Below, piece after piece: positions 56,568-64,000 of a stretch of 64,000 nt of DNA; the stretch's first letter is position 1; each line of letters starts with the position of its first letter. The translations under genes were made by a program, and so were the position numbers. This DNA is from an uncultured Saprospiraceae bacterium. Lineage in GTDB: Bacteria > Bacteroidota > Bacteroidia > Chitinophagales > Saprospiraceae. The DNA is taken from assembly GCA_964594045.1 (NCBI GenBank), contig CAZQKR010000004.1, forward strand, positions 69,203 to 133,202, written 5' to 3'. The notes beneath the pieces were generated by a model that was given only the letters and a program-made list of their open reading frames with translations, did not search any database and had not been told where the DNA came from.

Positions 56568-57365
56568 TCAATGAGAATCCTGGAATAATCTCACTTCAAT
56601 GGATTTGTTGACGTTTTCCAAAAAATGCTGTTCCCGTTTTTTGTTCAGATAGTAATGTACTGGTATGGCTACCTTCGGATTGATCAGATTTATTGCTTCG
56701 CTGGCAGATTCAGGATCCATGGCAGTTTTGCCTTCTCCAATAGGTATTATGGCAACTGATATGTTTTTCAGATCTTTCATTTCCGGGATAAAATCTGTAT
56801 CTCCTGCGATGTAGATCCTGGTATTGTCGCAGGTGATCACATAACCTACAAAATTGTCGCCTTTTGTATGCATCTTAGATTTGAGATTGTATGAGGCGAT
56901 CACCTCAAACCGGATCTTTTTCAGTTCAGTCTCAGCACCTGTTTTTGCAGAATGATGCAAAATATGCTTATATTTATTGGTAATATTTTCCGGCGCAATC
57001 AGGACAGTTTGAGGTTTAATGATTTTGTTGATGTCCGTTTTGGAAAAATGATCCAAATGATTGTGGGTAATAAAAATATAATCTGCTTTAGAAGTATCTT
57101 CAACCACTAATGGGTCACAATAAATAATGATATCCTTACATGCGATTTTTACACTTGAAGGCATAAAATCGCCTTTTATCACACCAAAAAAATTCATAAA
57201 AACAGCACCTGAAGAGGATACCTGACAATCACCGGCTTCAATGACCCGGGCTACCGGTTCCCTGAAAGTGCTTTTTGTGATTGAAATGCAGGATGAAAAG
57301 GATACAATTACTGCAATCACAACACTTGCAAAGATTGAAATCTTTCTAAATCGGTTACTGCTCAT
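56568..57365 (-). CDS. Exported MBL-fold metallo-hydrolase
   Basis: Signal/lipoprotein-like N-terminus (VIAVIVSFSSC). HxHxDH motif (ITHNHLDHF). 265 aa. Confidence 0.75.
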   Translation of the reverse strand: MSSNRFRKISIFASVVIAVIVSFSSCISITKSTFREPVARVIEAGDCQVSSSGAVFMNFFGVIKGDFMPSSVKIACKDIIIYCDPLVVEDTSKADYIFITHNHLDHFSKTDINKIIKPQTVLIAPENITNKYKHILHHSAKTGAETELKKIRFEVIASYNLKSKMHTKGDNFVGYVITCDNTRIYIAGDTDFIPEMKDLKNISVAIIPIGEGKTAMDPESASEAINLINPKVAIPVHYYLNKKREQHFLENVNKSIEVRLFQDSH

Positions 57366-57624
57366 TTTGATTTTTTTTCGTTTGCAAGCTACAAAGATAT
57401 AGATAATTTGTTCATGAAAGTTTAAGAAAAAAGCTACATAATTGTGTTGGTTGAAAGTCTTTTAACCAATGATTAAAGTCTGGTTCAAAAATTCATTTTC
57501 GAGGGCAAATTTAGTGACTTTTGCACGATGTACGTGCTCAAATCCAATAAACTAACAGGCCATATCAGAACCACTCAAATAATTACAAAGCTTCAATTTG
57601 AACCCACTGCTTAAGAACCTGGAA

Positions 57625-58602
57625 TTATTTTTTCAATGAAATCGGAAATGAATAAGCATGCTTATCAAGTGGAAGCGGGTTTCCAACAGCATACGTGTCC
57701 ACAGTCACCTTCCCGCTTTTTGAAAAGTTCATCACCCGGAACATAGGTGTATGATTGGTTTCATCGGGAATCTTCGTGCGTTCCAAACCGGGAATATGCA
57801 GGTAATGAACATGAGCAATTTTTTTTGAGTGATTGACCCGATCCATATCCATGTGCAGATCACCGGAAATGACAGCAGCCAGATTTGGTTGTTCCACTAC
57901 CTTTTTCCTGAAAAGCCTGTTCCGGACACCCTTTTCCGAATTCTCCGGATACACGCCCTGCTGAGCCCCGTGCACAATCAATACGACAGGTTTTGGAGCC
58001 AGTTTTTGAATCTGATCAAGTACCCACCCTGCTCCTTTTTTATCAAAATCACGACCCTTATCCGGCGAGGCAAACACAAATGCCAGCTCATTAAAGTTGA
58101 GCACATAACTCGTGCCAGCGATTTGGCTGTTCCATTTTTTGGCATAATGTAAATACCTTTCTATCGTACTTCCATGTTCTTCATTGCCCATAATAGGGTA
58201 AAAAGGAGGCTTGAGCTTTATCAAAACTTTGGTAGCTTCTTCATATTGGATCTCCGTCCCTTTGTGCGCAATATCTCCAATGCCTATAACAAAATCGATT
58301 TGTTGGGTCGTAGTCAATATATTAATCTGGTCAATTGCCGCCGCCATATTCGGGAATTCGGCCAAAGGCTTGGGCTCAGCATCTCCGATTATAGCAATCC
58401 TTAAAAAAATTGAATCAGCACCATGCATGGCACTGTTTGTGTTTTTTTCTTCCGGATTTACTGTTTTTGCGAGAGAATTATTTTGGTTGTCAGAACCAGT
58501 TTTTTCAGATTGGATCACCCAGCTTCCAAGGAGCAATGCAAAGGGGATGATCATGAATTTGGTCAGATGGTTCATTCTTCTATTTTTTGTTTTTTTGAGC
58601 AA
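57625..58602 (-). CDS. Exported calcineurin-like metallophosphoesterase
   Basis: Signal peptide. GDAEPK...GDIAHKG...GNEEHG...HGAQQG...GDLH motif series characteristic of the Metallophos family. The start may be at the internal Met 58575. Confidence 0.8.
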   Translation of the reverse strand: MLKKTKNRRMNHLTKFMIIPFALLLGSWVIQSEKTGSDNQNNSLAKTVNPEEKNTNSAMHGADSIFLRIAIIGDAEPKPLAEFPNMAAAIDQINILTTTQQIDFVIGIGDIAHKGTEIQYEEATKVLIKLKPPFYPIMGNEEHGSTIERYLHYAKKWNSQIAGTSYVLNFNELAFVFASPDKGRDFDKKGAGWVLDQIQKLAPKPVVLIVHGAQQGVYPENSEKGVRNRLFRKKVVEQPNLAAVISGDLHMDMDRVNHSKKIAHVHYLHIPGLERTKIPDETNHTPMFRVMNFSKSGKVTVDTYAVGNPLPLDKHAYSFPISLKK

Positions 58603-59236
58603 TATAATGACTGTGTGATTCTTTCAGTTGGTTCATCGCATCTTTTTCATCATTCACAGATAGTATATTTATTTTTCCTGAACCTTTGTAGTGCATTAAC
58701 CAGAGTTTCAGAATTTCAACTGCAGCAGGATATCTGGTGATGAGCATTTCATAAGATTTTGTTTTCAAACCAGATTGATCAGTGGGTACAGCAAGTAATT
58801 TGTCATCTGTTTCATTGTTGTCCAGCATTTTTATCATGCCGACAATGCGGACATTTACAATTTTCCCTCTGGCAAGCAAAGGGCCTAAAATAAAAACATC
58901 GAGCGGGTCACCATCGCCACCGGATCCTTCAGGTAGCAGGGTTTGGGGTATAAAGCCATAGTTGGCCGGATAAGGCAGGTAATCAATTACCCTGAATGAA
59001 TCCCGGGAGATCTGCTCCAATTCCAGCTTGCCCGTTTCTTTATTCACTTCCCATTTCTGGGTAGTACCGGCAGGAATTTCAATGACCGCATTTACCAATG
59101 AATCAGTGGTAAAGGTAGTAATACTATGCAGATAATTGAGTGGTTGTACTTTTAGATAAACACCGCGAAATTTATTGTCGCAACCTGTCAGCACCAACAT
59201 AATCAATACCGTATAGATAGATTTCATTTGATTCAA
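58580..59236 (-). CDS. ppa: Family I inorganic pyrophosphatase carrying a lipoprotein signal peptide
   Basis: PPase signature DGDPLDV. Conserved VIEIPAGTTQKWEVNKETGKL. N-terminal LVLTGCDN lipobox. 218 aa. Confidence 0.85.
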   Translation of the reverse strand: MNQMKSIYTVLIMLVLTGCDNKFRGVYLKVQPLNYLHSITTFTTDSLVNAVIEIPAGTTQKWEVNKETGKLELEQISRDSFRVIDYLPYPANYGFIPQTLLPEGSGGDGDPLDVFILGPLLARGKIVNVRIVGMIKMLDNNETDDKLLAVPTDQSGLKTKSYEMLITRYPAAVEILKLWLMHYKGSGKINILSVNDEKDAMNQLKESHSHYIAQKNKK

Positions 59237-59294
59237 ATTAAAAAAAAATGCTGACCAGAAAATGTGCCAGCATTTGCAAATGTGATAAAAAAAT

Positions 59295-60383
59295 TTATTG
59301 GCAATTTTTTCTTGTATCCAGGGCTTTAGCTACATTGTCCCATGAAATAGCAGTCAGGCTGCCATCATCATGTACCGGATAAAGTGCTCCGTTTTTAAAT
59401 GGGCCAAAGTTTTTTTGAGTGATGGCAAGGCCGTCTGTATTGCGCGTGATCTGTCCGCTAAAACCACCGATATATTCCATTGTTTTTCGGTCGAACACCT
59501 GAAAAGTGTTGTTGATCTTTCCCTGATCAGTCATGACATAGTATCCGGACATGTCTTCGGTACATTCCCAAAGGACGATCCCTTCCGGTTCATAGAAAAA
59601 GTATTGATGCGTGATCGTTTTTCCGGAGTATTTGCCATTGAGGTCGTACACTTTCACATTGCGCTGCATTTCATATTCGTCTGCGATGAGCAATCTGTTG
59701 TATTCCCTGTCCATCAGGATAGATTCCACTTTGAACAGCACTCCTGCTCCTGACGTTTCACCGAAAGCATTCTTATGGCTGGCTACTATCTGGTTGTTGG
59801 TTATGCTGAAAGAGAAATGGTGTACTCTTCGTCCCAGACTGTCAGGTGGAGGAATTCTTCCATCAGGCATTTCGTAATTGTCCGTCACAAACAGCTGGTA
59901 TTTTGAATCATGAAAATCAACAGTTAGTCCGTAAGGCAGTTTGAGTTCTTTTTCACCGAAAAATCCAATTGGTTTAAGATCAGGAAGGCTGAAAACCTGT
60001 ATCCTGTGGTTGTCTCTCTCTACTACGATGACATAATCGTCAATGATGGCAATGCCGTTAGGTCTGTCTAAATCACCCAAAGCCTTACCCGCTTTGCCAA
60101 AAGTCTTCAATTTCTCTCCGGTAGCCGCATCATATACAATGATGATATCGCTTTCTTTGGCAGTGGCCAATACCCAGTGTTGGCCGTCCTGACCATGCCA
60201 GACAGCAGGACTGTCCACATTGTCGCTTTCATCGCGCAAGGTGCTGAATGACTCTTTGATCACTGCGATTTCCGGGATGACAAACCGGGAATCGCTGCCT
60301 GAGTTTTCAACAGGCTGTTCTTTGCTTTTGCAGCCAACAAGCAAGATTGTCAACCACAATAAGATCATCCATATTCTATACAT
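59295..60383 (-). CDS. Beta-propeller phytase (3-phytase, BPP family), lipoprotein
   Basis: Lipobox (LLVGCKS). DSPAVW parallels the BPP DDPAIW motif. Repeated blade-like segments (DIIIVYDAATGEKL, NHRIQVFSLPD, RLLIADEYEMQRNVKVYD, TDGLAIT). Overall collinear with what I recall of Bacillus PhyC. Assignment made from memory of the family. Confidence 0.65.
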   Translation of the reverse strand: MYRIWMILLWLTILLVGCKSKEQPVENSGSDSRFVIPEIAVIKESFSTLRDESDNVDSPAVWHGQDGQHWVLATAKESDIIIVYDAATGEKLKTFGKAGKALGDLDRPNGIAIIDDYVIVVERDNHRIQVFSLPDLKPIGFFGEKELKLPYGLTVDFHDSKYQLFVTDNYEMPDGRIPPPDSLGRRVHHFSFSITNNQIVASHKNAFGETSGAGVLFKVESILMDREYNRLLIADEYEMQRNVKVYDLNGKYSGKTITHQYFFYEPEGIVLWECTEDMSGYYVMTDQGKINNTFQVFDRKTMEYIGGFSGQITRNTDGLAITQKNFGPFKNGALYPVHDDGSLTAISWDNVAKALDTRKNCQ

Positions 60384-60488
60384 CGATATTCTTTTGATTT
60401 GTTATAAAACAGGAAGACTAAAATAACCCGGATTTGATTTCAAGCAGTTGGGTTATTTTAGTCTAGCCTGATACATACTAACACTAAA

Positions 60489-63257
60489 CTATTGTAGATC
60501 TAATTTAACCCCTAACTGGAAGCGCACATTGTAATACTCTGCCTGCATAAGGCGCGAGCTTATGCCTTGATAGTAGTACAAGGGTGTGTTCAACAAATTG
60601 TTTGCCTCGGCATAAATCCTGAATTTTGGAGAAATTGCATAGGTTGCATTCACATCTAAATGAATGGCATCGTTGTAGTACCTGTCATAAAATGCTTCTT
60701 CGCCAAACTCATCAATAAAAGCCGATGAATAATTAACAGAAGTCCTGAAAGAAAAGCTTTTGTTATCGTATGATAATGAACCATTAAGGGTGTGTTTAGC
60801 TGTTCCTGGCAGAGAAATCTCGTCATCCTCGCGACCTTCTATGCGGAAATCAGTGACATTACTGGTCGTATAAGTGTAATTGGCATACAATCCGAAACCT
60901 TTCAAGAAACCGGGCAGAAAATCGAGCTGACGCTGTACTGCTGCTTCAAAACCGAAAATATTGGCATTTCCGCCATTGATCGGCTGGCTGTAAGTGTCCC
61001 AGGTCGTGCCTTCGAAAAGGTAGTCCTCGCGGGTTTCGGTAACTATAAAGTCCTTGATGTCTTTGTAGAAAACTCCACCGGATAAAATACCTATGGTTTT
61101 AAAATACTTCTCAAACATTAGGTCAAAATTCATGGAGGTAGTAGGTGTCAAATCCGGGTTTCCGATATTAATTTCATTATCCTCACGTGAGACCTCCCTG
61201 TATGGGACAAGCGAGTAGTAGTTGGGTCTTGCAAGAGTGTTGGTCCATGCAGCCCTCAAAATAGTGGTTTTATTAAAATCATATTTAAGATGCAATCCGG
61301 GAAGTACATTGATATAGTTATCAGCAACTTTATCACTGAGAATGTTTTCGTCTTCATCGACATCGTATTGGTTGCCCTGATATTCCTGTGAAGTGTTTTC
61401 TACACGTACACCGGCTATCATCAGCAACTTCGGACCAATATTTTGGTTTAACATAAGGTAACCGCCAAAAATATTCTCTGTGGCATTGAAGTTACCAGCT
61501 TCTGCTTCAGCTAATCGTTCTTCCTCAAACAAGGATGAATTGGTCAGATCAAGTTCTCCAAGATATTCCGGCCTTATCTGATTGCCGGTAGCATAGTCTC
61601 CCACCAGAAAATTGTCTTTTGTGTAGTTTTCCAGATTGTTCAGGGTAGTTGAATTAAAAGCATTCTTATCCACCGGACTGTATTCGAACAAGCGGTTGTC
61701 ACGCATTTTTTCTTTACCCTTATAGCGTAAGCCAAATTTAATGCTGTTCTTATATTCATTCTCAAGCAATGGGATGGTGAAATTCAGCTTTATGTTTTTG
61801 TCAATATCTTCAGTCAGCTGAAATTCTTCGGTAATCTCGCGCAAACTATAGGCTGCATTTAGTTCATTTTGCGCTGCATCTTTCGCAGTAACACGTGGAA
61901 GACTTTCATCTGAAAAGTCAGGAATCAGCTCAAGCCCTTTTTTTCGGTAGGATATATACCTTTCGTTGGGTCTTTCCTCTGAGGCTTTGCTGTAAGAAGC
62001 CGTCCAGTCAGCTTTTATTTTCCCAAACTGGTGGTCACCACCTAAAGTAAAGTTCATCATACGCTGATCTTCGAGTCGCGCATTTTTGATGTCGGTATTA
62101 CCTCCTTTGGTCTCTTTTCTCATCTCTCCTTCCCAGGTATTTGATTCATCATCATATTCCAGGTCTGTGTAAATGGTTCTGAAACGGTTTTCCCAGTCGT
62201 TACGATGATTGTATATACCATTGAGAAAAAGAGTATGGTTCTTTGTGAGTTTATAATCCAGACCCAGTGAATAGCTTTGGCGAATCCGCTGCAAATAATA
62301 TTGTCTGATTTGAATTTCTGCGGCAAAGGCCGAACCGTCTTTATTTTCCTCATCCAAATAATCCCACTCTGCTTCAAAATTGTCACTACCCAATTGATGA
62401 TTATAGTACGATGCACTGGCAATGATACCCAACTTATTATTCAGAAAGCGGTCTCCCAGTACAAAAGCCCCATTATAAATCGGCTTTGAAGCTAGGATAT
62501 TGTATCCTGATCCGAGTGTTAAACTCATACGACGGTCGTAAGGCGCCGAACGCGTAACGAGGTTTACCGATCCGCCAATGGCATCTGCATCCATATCCGG
62601 AGTCACAGCTTTGTTCACTTCAATAGACTGTACCATATCGGCAGGTACCAGATCGAGTTGTACCGTGCGGTCCTCAGCTTCTGCAGATGGAATTCTTTCT
62701 CCATTGACCATCACGGAGTTGTATTGGGGTGCTGTTCCTCTGATATTCCCGAATCTGGCTTCTCCCTGATCGTATTGTACATTGATGCCGGGAATACGTT
62801 TCAAGGCATCACCGATATTCGCATCCGGAAAGCGTCCAAGCTGATCTGAGGAAATGATATTGGTTATATTTCCTTTGTTCATTTGAGTGTTAAGCGCTTT
62901 GGACTGGCCTTGTAATTGGCCTGTCACGACCACTTCAGAAAGTTCAACGCCCGCATTCAGCACAAAATCCATTTCGGAAGTCTGGCCAGCCATCACTTTG
63001 ACTGACTTGCTGTTTTGGATATAGCCGATATAGGTTACGGTAATTTCATGCGTTCCTTCCGGAATGCCGGTCAGAGTATAAAATCCATAGGCATCGGTTG
63101 TACTGCCTTTATTGACGGAAGTTATGAAAATTGTAGCACCCGGCATCGAGAGATTGTCCATGTCAACGACCCGGCCTTTGATCACCCCTGTTTGTGCATT
63201 CAGGAAAAATGAAGTCAATATGAACAAAGAAATTGATAAAAGTTTTGGTTTAGTCAT
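60489..63257 (-). CDS. TonB-dependent outer-membrane receptor (SusC-like, CarbopepD_reg N-terminal domain)
   Basis: Signal peptide. GVIKGRVVDMDNLSMPGATIFI...GFYTLTGIPEGTHEITVTYIGY (CarbopepD_reg). TonB box EVVVTG. Plug domain. 922 aa of beta-barrel. Confidence 0.9.
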   Translation of the reverse strand: MTKPKLLSISLFILTSFFLNAQTGVIKGRVVDMDNLSMPGATIFITSVNKGSTTDAYGFYTLTGIPEGTHEITVTYIGYIQNSKSVKVMAGQTSEMDFVLNAGVELSEVVVTGQLQGQSKALNTQMNKGNITNIISSDQLGRFPDANIGDALKRIPGINVQYDQGEARFGNIRGTAPQYNSVMVNGERIPSAEAEDRTVQLDLVPADMVQSIEVNKAVTPDMDADAIGGSVNLVTRSAPYDRRMSLTLGSGYNILASKPIYNGAFVLGDRFLNNKLGIIASASYYNHQLGSDNFEAEWDYLDEENKDGSAFAAEIQIRQYYLQRIRQSYSLGLDYKLTKNHTLFLNGIYNHRNDWENRFRTIYTDLEYDDESNTWEGEMRKETKGGNTDIKNARLEDQRMMNFTLGGDHQFGKIKADWTASYSKASEERPNERYISYRKKGLELIPDFSDESLPRVTAKDAAQNELNAAYSLREITEEFQLTEDIDKNIKLNFTIPLLENEYKNSIKFGLRYKGKEKMRDNRLFEYSPVDKNAFNSTTLNNLENYTKDNFLVGDYATGNQIRPEYLGELDLTNSSLFEEERLAEAEAGNFNATENIFGGYLMLNQNIGPKLLMIAGVRVENTSQEYQGNQYDVDEDENILSDKVADNYINVLPGLHLKYDFNKTTILRAAWTNTLARPNYYSLVPYREVSREDNEINIGNPDLTPTTSMNFDLMFEKYFKTIGILSGGVFYKDIKDFIVTETREDYLFEGTTWDTYSQPINGGNANIFGFEAAVQRQLDFLPGFLKGFGLYANYTYTTSNVTDFRIEGREDDEISLPGTAKHTLNGSLSYDNKSFSFRTSVNYSSAFIDEFGEEAFYDRYYNDAIHLDVNATYAISPKFRIYAEANNLLNTPLYYYQGISSRLMQAEYYNVRFQLGVKLDLQ

Positions 63258-63928
63258 AATGTTAATTTTTAAAATTCATGACAAACCTACGATTTAGCAA
63301 AAAAGTTAATGCCTCGTACTATTTAAGTTAAATTGAAGTTTTGTGGAATAGAATTTACATTAGCTTAACCTGAATTCATTGATGTATTGATATGGCTGGC
63401 TTTTTGAAGGTCTGAACGGTCAAAATTGTCTGATTATATCATTCTCAACATGTAGGATTTGTTTTTGAGGAGTCCTTCCCTATGCTCTATGCACTTGATC
63501 CCGACGTTCATTCTTCAGCCGGGACAGATCGGGGCAGATCCATGGTGTTCGCTTTACTCGATCAGGACCGGTCCGGGCTTGAGCTGATATCCCGTCGACT
63601 TAATCAAACCTTAATAAGAATATTAAGTGGCAAAAACAGAAATGACAAGCCTAATCAAACCGGGGTGGATGATAGAAACCAAGTTTACATCAGACTGGTT
63701 TGAATATGTTTTCCACTAGAAATCATTCAATGATTTATTTCAGGTTGGAATATTTCCTGCCTTTTGAAGGAAAAAAAAAGAATTATTTCAGACTATTAAA
63801 ATAATGTTATGCAATCTGTTGCATAAAATTATGAAAATGATATAGAAAATACTATTTTTACCCGAAATTCCAATAGCGTCAGACAACTGAACAGGTTAAA
63901 CATTGAAAAACGATTAAATTCCATATTT

Positions 63929-64000
63929 ATGAAACTTATTTACTGGTTGAGCATTTTTATCCTTTTTCCGTCATTTCTTTTTGGTCAGTCCAGGCCAACA
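63929..64000 (+). CDS. 5' end of a gene encoding a signal-peptide-bearing protein. Truncated by the window end.
   Basis: ATG at 63929, then MKLIYWLSIFILFPSFLFGQSRP (classic signal peptide), running off the window. Confidence 0.35.
   Translation, partial: MKLIYWLSIFILFPSFLFGQSRPT

Noticed and set aside
1-64000. CRISPR arrays, IS elements, transposases, integrases, and toxin-antitoxin pairs
   Set aside because: I scanned for regularly spaced identical direct repeats of 28-48 bp with unique spacers. Only minisatellites with contiguous units (17-bp and 21-bp) are present, and no cas-like or transposase-like ORF appears in the six-frame track.

Overview
This is a 64 kb window of a Bacteroidota-type chromosome. 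Three lines of evidence point that way: several T9SS C-terminal sorting domains, SusC-like TonB-dependent receptors with CarbopepD_reg N-termini, and TAnnTTTG-like -7 promoter motifs. There is no CRISPR array, IS element or transposase.

Gene content by region:
- 1-14 kb: housekeeping genes. A partial porin-like outer-membrane protein, a periplasmic rhodanese, pheS, hisS, a translationally coupled selenium pair (tRNA 2-selenouridine synthase SelU and a NifS-SelD fusion), and a three-gene RND efflux operon (adaptor, pump, TolC-like channel).
- 14.7-25 kb: an accessory-looking segment. It holds a PhnP-like MBL hydrolase, MenA, a 21-bp x11 tandem minisatellite, an AT-rich hypothetical plus a GNAT, and a lipoprotein with a TonB-dependent receptor. 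It is bracketed by inverted copies of a palindromic repeat element at 14741-15050 and 24841-24990.
- 26.4-27.3 kb: tRNA-Pro(TGG) and tRNA-Ser(GCT) flank a 120-aa four-helix-bundle protein cassette. The cassette has inverted GT/CA-rich flanks and a 17-bp x5 tandem repeat.
- 27.5-33.4 kb: UvrD-family helicase, S9 peptidase, and a flotillin/NfeD pair.
- 33.5-49.6 kb: T9SS cargo-rich region. It holds two type-B CTD proteins, a 1771-aa adhesin with SdrD-B repeats, and an S8 subtilase.
- 49.9-54.3 kb: a translationally coupled WbqC-like/dynamin-like GTPase pair, a serpin lipoprotein, and a pentapeptide-repeat protein.
- 54.8-63.3 kb: an all-exported phosphorus-scavenging locus. The genes are a TonB-dependent receptor, a beta-propeller phytase, a lipoprotein family-I pyrophosphatase, two metallophosphoesterases and an MBL hydrolase.
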